Assembly (NCBI GenBank): GCA_964621785.1
Contig: CAZUPD010000021.1
Location: 2,009 to 66,008, forward strand
Length of the DNA: 64,000 nucleotides
From: an uncultured Nannocystaceae bacterium
Lineage (GTDB): Bacteria > Myxococcota_A > Polyangia > Nannocystales > Nannocystaceae
Reading direction: 5' to 3'
The notes under the pieces were generated by a model that was given only the letters and a program-made list of their open reading frames with translations, made no database searches and was not told where the DNA came from. The position numbers and the translations under genes were made by a program. Positions 1-8,843 of the stretch are shown piece after piece. Numbering within the stretch: position 1 is the stretch's first letter; each line of letters opens with the position of its first letter.

Positions 1-251
1 AAGGTCGACAGGAGCACGCCGTGGACCACGTGTCTGTCACGGGTTGCGCACAGAGCCAGTATCAAGCCAATACCGATCTCGAGCCCGCCGTACATCGCCC
101 GGATGTCGGCGCGGGCCATCGGTGACGTTGCATCGATTTCGACGACCGCCGCCATCTCCGTCGGACAGGCGGCAAAGGCCACGCCAAAACCGAGGAAGGT
201 CAGTGCACTGGTCCACAAAACGACGCGGGTCAACAAAAGCGGCTGGGCCAT
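1..251 (-). CDS. small membrane protein, DUF4345-like (N-terminal part; gene continues past window start)
   Basis: Own minus-strand translation from ATG (rc of 249-251): MAQPLLLTRVVLWTSALTFLGFGVAFAACPTEMAAVVEIDATSPMARADIRAMYGGLEIGIGLILALCATRDRHVVHGVLLST. It has hydrophobic helices. It is not in the ORF track because there is no stop inside the window. Confidence 0.5.
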   Translation of the reverse strand, partial: MAQPLLLTRVVLWTSALTFLGFGVAFAACPTEMAAVVEIDATSPMARADIRAMYGGLEIGIGLILALCATRDRHVVHGVLLST

Positions 252-281
252 CGCGCTCGATAGTACAATCGCCGGCGAACG

Positions 282-737
282 ATGGGGGAGTCCAAGTCGA
301 TCCGTGTCCGCGAAGGGGATCCGCGAGGATCTGCACCGGCTGTCGCGCAACCGCAGAGCATTCGTTGGCCACTTGTGTGGGCGGTGGGCGTATTTCAGAT
401 CAAGTTGTTGGTCGATGGCCTCAAGGACATCCTACTGTTTCCACTGTCGATGATCGCGGCCGCCATCGACCTCCTCGCTGGCAATCCGGTGCACAAGGGA
501 CTGTTTGCGGTGGTGTTGCGCGCGGGTCGGGGATTTGAAAATTGGGTCGATCTGTTTGCAGCCGTCGAGTCGGGAAACGATTCCCCGAATGGGCTCGATG
601 CCCATCTCGGCCAAGTCGAGCGACTGCTCCGCGATCAATCCAAACGCCAGGACCTGACCGCACGCGCACGTCGAGCCGTCGACGATGCTCTGCTGGCGCT
701 GCAGCGTGCGCACGAGGGCGAGCGGTCCGATCAGTAG
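282..737 (+). CDS. hypothetical protein with one or two hydrophobic helices
   Basis: ORF track 151 aa. Segment WPLVWAVGVFQIKLLVDGLKDILLFPLSMIAAAIDLLAG is followed by a helical charged tail. Start is uncertain (ATG 282 or in-frame GTG 375). No family recognised. Confidence 0.5.
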   Translation: MGESKSIRVREGDPRGSAPAVAQPQSIRWPLVWAVGVFQIKLLVDGLKDILLFPLSMIAAAIDLLAGNPVHKGLFAVVLRAGRGFENWVDLFAAVESGNDSPNGLDAHLGQVERLLRDQSKRQDLTARARRAVDDALLALQRAHEGERSDQ

Positions 738-1051
738 TCGAGTTTGTGCGCGGCCGCGAGACACTCCGGATCGGCACACAGGGTCTCGATCCAGCCCTTG
801 ACGGCAACTTCACCCGCCGACGTACCGCCACAGATCTGGCATGTGTACGCACTGATTTCCTCGACTTCGGCGAGTCGCTCGGCGACGGCTGGTGGCGCGT
901 CCCAGATGTCGAACCGCAACACCCCCCATTTTTGGTAGACCTGTACGACGACACAGCCGACTGGAAGATGGTCGAACACGCGGTCGACCAGCGGCAGCCA
1001 ACCTGGCCCGCACACTCGTCGAAGATGGTTTCGCGCCTCGTCCCGTGTCAT
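731..1051 (-). CDS. hypothetical small Cys-containing protein
   Basis: ORF 731..1189. I prefer the internal ATG at 1051 (MTRDEARNHLRRVCGPGWLPLVDRVF...CQICGG...LCADPECLAAAHKLDY), because the upstream 46 codons look non-protein-like and it leaves room for a divergent promoter with the gene at 1211. Confidence 0.5.
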   Translation of the reverse strand: MTRDEARNHLRRVCGPGWLPLVDRVFDHLPVGCVVVQVYQKWGVLRFDIWDAPPAVAERLAEVEEISAYTCQICGGTSAGEVAVKGWIETLCADPECLAAAHKLDY

Positions 1052-1210
1052 CTCTTGGGGGTCCGTATTTTGCTCGAAGCACCGCCTCGTTGGCCGCGTT
1101 GTCGAGGATGGCTTCGCCAATCCTACCGTCGCGCCATGACGGTTGTCATTCACAGAAGTCATTTGCGAACCTGGCAAGTGCGTGGCCACTCGTAATTTTC
1201 ATGGACCGCG

Positions 1211-2515
1211 GTGCAGGCCAGCCTGGAGCAGAGTCTGCTAAGGTTTGCTGTGGCTGCGAAATCGGGAGTGTTTGGTTGGCTCGACCGCCTGCAAAAGTCG
1301 CACAAACGGCATCAGCAGCGTCACCGTCCGACGGGTTTTGGCTATGCCCTGACCGACGACATCGACATGGTGCGTCCCGACCATTGGGACGCCGTGGTCG
1401 CCCACGGTTCGATGTGTCTCGGGCGGCCCTACCTCGGCACGCTGGCCCGCTTTGGTCCCCGTGGGGTCAGCTATCGCCAAGCGTTGATCTACCGCGGCCG
1501 CCAGCCGATCGCGGCGGTCTCAACCCAGTTGATCGCGATCGCGGCCTCGCAGGTGGTCGACGGGATCGATGTTGATACGGGGCTCCCACTTGCAGATGCA
1601 ACTTCGAAGCTATCCAAGGCCGCGCTCGAGAAGTTGCGTCCTCGGGTCATGGTCTGTGGCGACCTGCTCACCTGGGGCCGGTGTGGGGTGGCCTTTGTCC
1701 CCGATGTCGACCCCGGAGACGTATGGCCCGCGGTCGCCGAAGCGCTGTATCGAATGCGCCGGGCCGACCGTCTGCAGGGACAGATCGACTATGTGATGGT
1801 CAAAGACTTCCCCGAGGGAGAGCCCGGGTTGGACGCCCTGCATGTCTACAGTTACCGACCGCTTGTGACCGAGCCGGACATGGTGCTGACACTCCAGCAG
1901 GAGTGGGGAGGGTACGACGATTACCTCAAGAGCCTGAAGACCAAATATCGCAAGGCGGCCCGCAAGTTGGCGCGCCAGGTCGAAAAGGCCGGGTGTGTGA
2001 TCGAGCCGCTCTCCGACCTCGTGCCCCACGCGGAGCGCCTCTATCAATTGTATCAGCAAGTAGAGTCGCGGGCGAGTGTCCGCCTCGCATCGATGACCCC
2101 GGACTTTCTGCCCCAGCTCGCACGCGCACTCGGGCCCGAGCTGTTTCGGTGTTCGGTGATCCGTCGCGGCGATGAGATCCTCGGTTTTGCCACCACCCTG
2201 CGCGACCGCACCCGCGCGGTCGGGTTCTATCTTGGATTTGATTATACAACAAATGAGACAGTCCCATTGTATCTGCGACTGTTGCAAGCGGTGATCGCCG
2301 ACGGGATTTCGCTCGGCGGTGACGTCCTCTCGCTCGGGCGAACAGCCCTCGAGCCAAAGGCCCGTCTCGGGGCGCAGCCGCGTCCACAGCAGATCTGGGT
2401 CCGTCACCGGATCCCGCTGATCAACGTGGTTGTCCGCGAGTTGTTGCAGGTGATCCCGCATGCCGAGGCTCCGGAGCGCTCACCGTTCAAAACAAAACCG
2501 TCGGGTGGCGACTAA
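1211..2515 (+). CDS. GNAT/FemAB-fold acetyltransferase-like protein (Acetyltransf_6-like, tentative)
   Basis: 434-aa ORF (GTG start). Length and C-terminal half (FLPQLARALGPELFRCSVIRRGDEILGFATTLRDRTRAVGFYLGFDY...PLYLRLL) resemble BioF2-like/FemAB-type GNAT proteins from memory. No search was run. Confidence 0.5.
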   Translation: MQASLEQSLLRFAVAAKSGVFGWLDRLQKSHKRHQQRHRPTGFGYALTDDIDMVRPDHWDAVVAHGSMCLGRPYLGTLARFGPRGVSYRQALIYRGRQPIAAVSTQLIAIAASQVVDGIDVDTGLPLADATSKLSKAALEKLRPRVMVCGDLLTWGRCGVAFVPDVDPGDVWPAVAEALYRMRRADRLQGQIDYVMVKDFPEGEPGLDALHVYSYRPLVTEPDMVLTLQQEWGGYDDYLKSLKTKYRKAARKLARQVEKAGCVIEPLSDLVPHAERLYQLYQQVESRASVRLASMTPDFLPQLARALGPELFRCSVIRRGDEILGFATTLRDRTRAVGFYLGFDYTTNETVPLYLRLLQAVIADGISLGGDVLSLGRTALEPKARLGAQPRPQQIWVRHRIPLINVVVRELLQVIPHAEAPERSPFKTKPSGGD

Positions 2516-2645
2516 CGGCTTCGTCGAAGTTCGAGCCGTAGCTCGCAAATGTCGCGCGAAGGAGCGAAGCGATTGTGCCGGACTGCCTCGGGCTCCCGGT
2601 TGCAAATGCACCCAAGCAGGGAACGACCCTGTTAGGCTCTCGCCG

Positions 2646-3533
2646 ATGATCATCGTCACCGGAACCAAACGCTCGGGCACTTCGATGTGGATGCAGATAC
2701 TTCGTGCGGCCGGCTTTCCGGTGATCGGTGAGGCATTTCCGGGGCAGTGGGAACGCTCGTTACGAGGCGCCAACCAGGAGGGTTTTTACGAGTCGCGGTT
2801 GCGCGGTGGCATCTACTACGCGACCAATCCCGACCCGGAAACCGGTGTGTTTGTCCGCCCTAGCCAGACCCCGCACCACGCGGTCAAGGTGTTTATCCCG
2901 GGTCTGGTTCGCACCGATTTCGGCTACATCGATCGGGTGATCGCGACCATGCGTCACTGGCGGGAGTACACGCGATCACTGCGGCGGTTACACGCGATCG
3001 AGGATGCCTTTCACGCCGAGCGTGAGGCCGCCGGCGAGGTCGACCCGCGCGACCGCGAAACCCGGGCACGGTTTTGTCGCAACCGATTGCATCCAGCCCT
3101 CGAGTGGTGGTTTGAAAATTACGACCTGATCCGTGACATCGCCGTGCGTGGGTACGCCGTCCACATGCTGACCTACGACCGCCTACTTTCCGATCCTCAC
3201 AGGGAGATCCACCGCGTTGTGCAGTGGCTCGGTGCCGGAGATGCCGAGGCCGCCACGCGGGTGGTCGATCGATCCCTGCGCACCCAAGACCGAAGCGAGT
3301 CGTCCCTACAGGAACAAGATGTGGATGCACGGATTACGCCTGAGCTCGCAGCGACCTTCGATACACTTTACGCCGCCGTCCACAGTGGCGCGGGGTTGAC
3401 CGCTGCTCTCATCGAACAGCTCAATCAAACCCATGCCCAGCTCGAGCCGATCCTGCTCGACCATATCCAGACGGAGCGCCGACGGTTGCGGGAAAGCGAG
3501 CTTGACGCCCTGTTTGGCGAGGCACCGTTTTGA
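2646..3533 (+). CDS. sulfotransferase family protein
   Basis: Internal ATG at 2646 gives MIIVTGTKRSGTSMW (PAPS 5'-phosphosulfate-binding P-loop-like motif). The rest is typical of small bacterial sulfotransferases (HAVKVFIPGL, MLTYDRLLSDP). Upstream ORF residues look non-coding. Confidence 0.7.
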   Translation: MIIVTGTKRSGTSMWMQILRAAGFPVIGEAFPGQWERSLRGANQEGFYESRLRGGIYYATNPDPETGVFVRPSQTPHHAVKVFIPGLVRTDFGYIDRVIATMRHWREYTRSLRRLHAIEDAFHAEREAAGEVDPRDRETRARFCRNRLHPALEWWFENYDLIRDIAVRGYAVHMLTYDRLLSDPHREIHRVVQWLGAGDAEAATRVVDRSLRTQDRSESSLQEQDVDARITPELAATFDTLYAAVHSGAGLTAALIEQLNQTHAQLEPILLDHIQTERRRLRESELDALFGEAPF

Positions 3534-3539
3534 CACGAC

Positions 3540-3562
3540 GTTGTGTTTTGTGCACACACAAC
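3540..3562 (+). terminator. hairpin just after the sulfotransferase stop
   Basis: GTTGTGT (3540-3546) pairs with ACACAAC (3556-3562), 7 nt after the TGA at 3531-3533. There is no clear U-tract, so this is weak. Confidence 0.25.
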
Positions 3563-3816
3563 TGTTGCGTACTCACCCACGAGTGCCCGTCGTGATCAAC
3601 GACTCCGGGTCATCACCTCACTTGCGCAAGTTCGCAACTCTGCGTGGGGAGATATGGTCCTCCGACGTGGGTCGGCTCGATAGGCGTGCCCGGGGCCCGT
3701 CTGGCTGCATTTTAGAACTGTGCTTGGGCAAGAAAGTGTTTGATGTCACGGCCGCGTGCTTGTCCTGCGTTCGCACAATTTGGGGTCACCTGCTACCGTC
3801 CGCCTCTGAGGTGAAC

Positions 3817-5052
3817 ATGGCGTCTTCGCAACTGCAAGCTCTCCCCCTTCGATTGTTCCTGACAGCTGTGCCATTTGTTCTCGTGGCCTGTGGCGATAGC
3901 GAGGAAGGATCTTCAGACAGTGTATCTGCATCGAGCTCAGAGTCCGCCACGACGGCCGAGACAACTGCAGAGACGACTGACGAGAGCACGGGTGGTGAGG
4001 TCACAACCGACGAGCCGACGGGTGGCAATTCTGACTCCGAGACCGCCGGGCCGACGACGGACCCGAGCACGACGGACCCGAGCACGACGGATCCGAGTAC
4101 CACGGACCCGAGCACGACAGATCCGAGTACGACGGACCCGAGTACGACGGATCCAACGACCACGACTGATTCGGACACCGAGGGCGAGACTGACACGGGG
4201 TCGCAATTCGGTGTCGTCCGGTTTATCGCCCTCGGCGATGGTGGCGAAGGCAACGACACCCAATACCAGGTCGCCAACGCTGTCGAAATGATCTGTGCCG
4301 ACCGCGGCTGCGACTTCGCACTCTACTTGGGTGACAACTTCTACGACGAGGGGGTCGATTCACCACAAGACGGCCAGTTCGAGACCAAGTTTGAGATGCC
4401 CTACGCCGACATCGGTTTCCCGTTTTACATCGTGTTTGGTAACCACGACTACGGCTTGATCGCCAACCAGTGGTACAAAGCCGAGTACCAGATCGAGTAC
4501 TCCGACTATAGCGACAAATGGACGTGCCCCGCAAAATGGTATGACTTTCAAGCCGAAAACGTTCACTTCTTTGGGCTCGATACCTCGCGGATTTTCTGGG
4601 ATTACGAGTGGGACGAACAAAAGGACTGGTTGCTCGATGGTATCAACAGCTCCGATGCGACCTGGAAGATTGCCTTTGGTCACCACCCGTACATCTCCAA
4701 CGGCGAGCATGGGAATGCCGGCAACTACGAGGGCCTGAGCTTCATTCCGATCGTCAACGGCGCCACGGTCGAAGATTTTATGGATGAAGCTGTGTGTAAC
4801 AACATCGATATTTACTTCTGCGGCCACGACCACAACCGCCAGTGGCACGAAAAACGCTGTGGGACCGAATTTATTGTTTCGGGCACTGCCGCCAAAACAA
4901 CCGACTTTGCCCACCGTGACGACAACCCAGTACTGTGGGAAGACGACCAACGAGCCGGGTTTATGTGGGTCGAAATCGACGGCAACCAAATGACAGGTGC
5001 TTTTTACGACGCCGAGGGGAACCTCGAGTTTGAGCACACGATCACCAAGTAG
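3817..5052 (+). CDS. metallophosphoesterase (calcineurin-like/purple-acid-phosphatase-like) lipoprotein
   Basis: ATG 3817 gives MASSQLQALPLRLFLTAVPFVLVAC (lipobox). Motifs present: GDGGEG, GDNFYDEG, GNHDY, GHHPY, GHDHNRQ. A (TDPST)x7 linker follows the signal peptide. Confidence 0.85.
   Translation: MASSQLQALPLRLFLTAVPFVLVACGDSEEGSSDSVSASSSESATTAETTAETTDESTGGEVTTDEPTGGNSDSETAGPTTDPSTTDPSTTDPSTTDPSTTDPSTTDPSTTDPTTTTDSDTEGETDTGSQFGVVRFIALGDGGEGNDTQYQVANAVEMICADRGCDFALYLGDNFYDEGVDSPQDGQFETKFEMPYADIGFPFYIVFGNHDYGLIANQWYKAEYQIEYSDYSDKWTCPAKWYDFQAENVHFFGLDTSRIFWDYEWDEQKDWLLDGINSSDATWKIAFGHHPYISNGEHGNAGNYEGLSFIPIVNGATVEDFMDEAVCNNIDIYFCGHDHNRQWHEKRCGTEFIVSGTAAKTTDFAHRDDNPVLWEDDQRAGFMWVEIDGNQMTGAFYDAEGNLEFEHTITK
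4057..4161 (+). repeat. 15-nt tandem repeat x7 encoding the TDPST linker
   Basis: acggacccgagcacg units are repeated head to tail with a few third-position changes; counted directly in the sequence. Confidence 0.9.
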
Positions 5053-5061
5053 CTGCGGTCG

Positions 5062-5802
5062 CTATCCGGTTTGACGGGGGCTCCGCAGGCGGATGATGAG
5101 CGAGCCAAAAGCACCTTGGGCGTCGCGCTCCGGCGCCCAGGAGACCACGGATGCGGCACCGGGTCCTTCGCAATAGGCGATCACAGCGGGTTTGAGAACT
5201 GGATCGCCGCGACTCGACAAGCCCTTGCCCGTGATCACGCGGACGAACCGAATACCGCGGGCACGGTGGTGGGCGATGAACGCAAGCACCTGTTCGAGGG
5301 CCCGGATTCGCGGGAGTTTTCGGATGTTGAGCTCGGGGAGAGGACGGGTCTTGGCGGCCTGGCGCAGCAGGGTGCGCTGGGGCGGGGTCAACGGCTGTGC
5401 ATGTAAATGCAACAGAGCCGCAGGAAGTCGATCACGCCACGATTGGCCGGTAAACGAGTGGAGCTCGAGGCGTTCGAGGGCCGACAGCAGGGGATCGGGA
5501 GGGGGCTCGGGTACCGGTGTCGCCTCCGGAGGTTGCAGTTGTGGTGTGTGCGTCCGCCGGGCGAGCGGGAGCTCGACAACGGTCATCGCATCGAGGTCGA
5601 GGTGTTCGCCTGTCAGTAGAGATGTATACGCAATTTTCATGAGCTCCGATTCCGTGACCTCATAAAATGGTTCGGGCTCAGGTTGGGGTTCAGGGATCGG
5701 GAGGCGCTTGAGTTGTTCGAGACGGTGCACCAGCGGCTCACAGGAGCGCGCTCGCGTGCCACGGGCGATGCGCTTTTTCTTCCGTTTGCGTCGGCGAGGC
5801 AC
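5062..5802 (-). CDS. Smr (small MutS-related) domain protein
   Basis: C-terminus LEQVLAFIAHHRARGIRFVRVITGKGLSSRGDPVLKPAVIAYC is Smr-like. The ORF runs to 5919, but that would overlap the divergent gene, so I prefer the in-frame GTG at 5802 (VPRRRKRKKKR...). Start is uncertain. Confidence 0.7.
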   Translation of the reverse strand: MPRRRKRKKKRIARGTRARSCEPLVHRLEQLKRLPIPEPQPEPEPFYEVTESELMKIAYTSLLTGEHLDLDAMTVVELPLARRTHTPQLQPPEATPVPEPPPDPLLSALERLELHSFTGQSWRDRLPAALLHLHAQPLTPPQRTLLRQAAKTRPLPELNIRKLPRIRALEQVLAFIAHHRARGIRFVRVITGKGLSSRGDPVLKPAVIAYCEGPGAASVVSWAPERDAQGAFGSLIIRLRSPRQTG

Positions 5803-5910
5803 GGTCGCGGTGTAGCACTCAGGTGGCAAAACTAAAAACGCTGTCCGGGCCGAGCCTATCGAGACTGCAGTCCATCGCCGAATACGGCCAAGACCTGTTA
5901 GGATTTGACG

Positions 5911-6723
5911 ATGGGACATCTACTGCATTGGGCTGGAATTTTTGCAGTGGCGTTTGTCGCCGCGCTTGTGAGTTGCGCGGACGAGGGCAAGAAATTCGAG
6001 GATGCGTGCCTCGACTATTGCGATGCCCAAGAAGCGGCTGGGTGTGCACAGCAGTTCATCACGGTCGAACAGTGCCGGGCATCGTGCGGTTTGTACGAAT
6101 CCCAACTCGGGGGCCTGTGCCTCACCGAGTACACCGCGACGTTCGAATGTTCTGCGGCTGCGGGGTTTGAGTGCATCATGGGCTATCCGGCTCCGAAGGG
6201 TGGAGCCTGTCTGTCCGAGACGAACGCGTTGTTGACGTGCCAAGAGCAGGCGAGCTGTATCAGTTACTGCTCATCCGCGGTCGATGCAGGCTGTGGTGGC
6301 AGCGATACGGCGAGCTGTGAAACGCAGTGTCAAGCCGAGCGTGAGGACTTGGCCGACCCGTACTACTGCGATTTTGAGTACGACGATCTTCTCACCTGCT
6401 GGGGGGAGACCGGAGTGACATGTTCAAATGGTCAAGCTGTTGCGGGCGGATGCGGTGAAGAAGTACTCTCCGTCGGCGATTGCATCGGATTTGATAACCT
6501 TTGCGCCGGGTACTGTTGGGCCGCCGAACGGTTTGAGTGCGGTGCGGAGACCTGCGCCAGCGATTGCTCGGTCAAGGCCGGAGATCCGACCTGTGGCCGC
6601 GATTACGAGGATCTGCTGGAGTGTGTCCTGCGCGAGTACGAGGCAACCTGCGTCGACGGGTTGTTGTTCAGCGAATTTTGCGACTACGAGCGAATGCAGT
6701 ACGAGCAGTGCCTCTCGGGTTAG
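5911..6723 (+). CDS. Cys-rich secreted lipoprotein with three internal modules
   Basis: ATG 5911 gives MGHLLHWAGIFAVAFVAALVSC (lipobox). About 30 Cys are arranged in three ~85-aa modules with the recurring pattern C..YC...C...C...C...Y(D/E)DLL.C. No family recognised. Confidence 0.7.
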   Translation: MGHLLHWAGIFAVAFVAALVSCADEGKKFEDACLDYCDAQEAAGCAQQFITVEQCRASCGLYESQLGGLCLTEYTATFECSAAAGFECIMGYPAPKGGACLSETNALLTCQEQASCISYCSSAVDAGCGGSDTASCETQCQAEREDLADPYYCDFEYDDLLTCWGETGVTCSNGQAVAGGCGEEVLSVGDCIGFDNLCAGYCWAAERFECGAETCASDCSVKAGDPTCGRDYEDLLECVLREYEATCVDGLLFSEFCDYERMQYEQCLSG

Positions 6724-6845
6724 GTACCTACGGCCACCATTTTTTGTGTGGAATGGGATCGAATGGGCTCGTGCGGGCTCGTTCGCGGACGTGAACAAGA
6801 ATATGTATTTGCAAATGTAGAGTTCTCGCAATAGCAGGTTGTCGC

Positions 6846-8423
6846 TCAGTGCTTTACTTCTGCGTTTTTTCGCTGCAACTCGATGGCTGCCTCGTCGCCG
6901 ACGGCCTCTGCCTCCTGCAGCAACCAGCGGAAGATCGGCATGGCGAGCGCGTATTGTTTGCGTTCGTTCCACAGCCAGACACCGTGGGCACAGCAGGCTG
7001 CGTGGACCTGTGGGAACAGCACTCTTCGGGCATCCATACCCCCGATTTTTGTTGCATGTTCACATGATTCGCGCAGCTGGGTCCACTCGCGCCACTCGTC
7101 GATCGGGAGCTTTTCGCGACCGCCGCGGACCCGGTTGTGCAGCGTGTCGCACAGTTGCTCAACGGTGACGAGCAGGCGGCTACGCAGGACGCGGATCGCC
7201 TCGGCTGCGAAGCTCTCGGGCTCGTCGGTACCGACGGTATCGACCAACGACAGACCCGCGGCCTCGGCATAGTCGGCGATGTCTTCACAGACTTGCTTGC
7301 GATAGCGGGCGAGGACTTCGGCGGGGTCGAGTGGGGCTTCGAGGTTGAGGACGCGTCGCCGCAGGTGCTCGAGCAAGCTGTCGCCGGCGAACACTCCTTC
7401 CCAGGCCGTCACGAGCTCAGCGAGTTTGTGCGGTCGCAGTCGCAGCCATACGGGACCCTCACGCCGGAGTTGGGCATGGCGGGCGAGTGCTCGCTGCAGC
7501 GGCGTACCTTCGGGTTGTGGATCGTCCTGGGCACCCGTAGATTTTGGTTGCCGTTTGGCGTAGAGAATCCGTGGGCAGGCGAGGGCGCGGTCTCGCCACA
7601 CGAGCGTGTCACGGCGTTTACCCGCGCGAAACCACAGGGCGATGAGGTTGATATCCGGCGGTGAAGGTTGCTGATACAAGCGAGCCGCAACCACCGTCAA
7701 GAATCGAGCCTGGGGCGAGGGTTCGCGGTTGCAGTGACCGAGGCGGACCACTTCGTCCCAGTTGCCCAAAGCTGCGGCGTCGGCCATCAACCAGTCCCAG
7801 GCGATCGTCAGCGCGAGTTGTGGGGTGTCGTCGTTGCGCAGACTCGAAGCGCTGAGCATCAGCTGGCGCGCCTCATCACGGTCGCCGCGATTGGCCGCCA
7901 ACAACCCCTGGGCGACCACACCCGCGCCGGCGAGCGAGGGCAGGGCGTGGAGTTTGTTCTCGACCCAGGTGGCATCGTCGGGGTCGTAGATCGGTTTTGC
8001 ATAGGAGGCCCATGCGGCCGCCAACACGGCGCCTCCCTGGCGATCTTCAGACCAGGTATTGGCGGAGATCCGCGCGAGGTGATAGGCGAGCCACGTCTGT
8101 CCGCCGGCGATCGCTCGACGAGCGAGGGTCCACCCCAGGTCGGCTACTTTTTGCCAGTAAATCGCAAGGGTGATGAGCCCGACCAACAGCGCCCAGGTCG
8201 GTGGGCGTTGGAGCTGGGCCGCGAGGTCGGTGTGGGCGGCTAAAATTGCAAGTGCAAGGAACGGGCCGCGCGCAGGATTTTGCTGCCAGCGCCCATCCGT
8301 CGACGAGTGATTTTTTGGTGGAACATCGGCCAAGTGGTGATGCTTGAACGGACGTGGTCGCATCCGGCGATGACGCTGATTCGCGGACCAAGCGAGTGCT
8401 GCCAGGGCAGCGAGTAGGAGCAT
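6846..8423 (-). CDS. membrane-anchored alpha-helical-repeat protein, third gene of the Hsp70 operon
   Basis: ATG at 8423 lies 8 nt after the upstream stop (8432). The N-terminus has three hydrophobic segments (MLLLAALAALAW, GPFLALAILAAH, TWALLVGLITLAIYW), followed by about 450 aa of helical, TPR-like-looking sequence. No family recognised. Confidence 0.65.
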   Translation of the reverse strand: MLLLAALAALAWSANQRHRRMRPRPFKHHHLADVPPKNHSSTDGRWQQNPARGPFLALAILAAHTDLAAQLQRPPTWALLVGLITLAIYWQKVADLGWTLARRAIAGGQTWLAYHLARISANTWSEDRQGGAVLAAAWASYAKPIYDPDDATWVENKLHALPSLAGAGVVAQGLLAANRGDRDEARQLMLSASSLRNDDTPQLALTIAWDWLMADAAALGNWDEVVRLGHCNREPSPQARFLTVVAARLYQQPSPPDINLIALWFRAGKRRDTLVWRDRALACPRILYAKRQPKSTGAQDDPQPEGTPLQRALARHAQLRREGPVWLRLRPHKLAELVTAWEGVFAGDSLLEHLRRRVLNLEAPLDPAEVLARYRKQVCEDIADYAEAAGLSLVDTVGTDEPESFAAEAIRVLRSRLLVTVEQLCDTLHNRVRGGREKLPIDEWREWTQLRESCEHATKIGGMDARRVLFPQVHAACCAHGVWLWNERKQYALAMPIFRWLLQEAEAVGDEAAIELQRKNAEVKH

Positions 8424-8431
8424 CGAGGGGC

Positions 8432-8812
8432 TCACCCGACCCTCCAGTCGAACAACCGCCAAACCTCGGGCCACGGGGGATGGGCGGGATCTTCGTCGGT
8501 CTCCGGTGGCGCCTCGGTGCCTTCGTCGGTTTGGGTTAAGTTTGATGCTTGTACAAGGTCTGCCCACAACTCGTGGACAATCCGCCGCTTTGGATCGCGC
8601 AACTGTGCCATCGCGGTGCGGACGAGCTCAGGCGTTCGCGGCCGCGGACCGAGCGGTGTTGTGTAGGTCGAAGCCTTGACGACGCCGAGCTCGAGTAGCC
8701 CGAGGAGCTTTTGCCCTTCGCGTTCGATCTGCTGGCGGGAACAGCAGGGCGTGAGGCCGAGGACAAAAAACGGGTTGTCCGCAAGCGCGTCGTCGTGTCG
8801 ACCGGAGGCCAC
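8432..8812 (-). CDS. J-like domain protein lacking the HPD motif
   Basis: DNPFFVLGLTPCCSRQQIEREGQKLLGLLELGVVKAS...PELVRTAMAQLRDPKRRIVHELWA matches the J-domain helix I-III layout, but LELG stands where HPD should be. It has an acidic tail. Confidence 0.6.
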   Translation of the reverse strand: MASGRHDDALADNPFFVLGLTPCCSRQQIEREGQKLLGLLELGVVKASTYTTPLGPRPRTPELVRTAMAQLRDPKRRIVHELWADLVQASNLTQTDEGTEAPPETDEDPAHPPWPEVWRLFDWRVG

Positions 8813-8843
8813 AGGCGATTATAGGTGGTCGCGCGAGCAGCTG

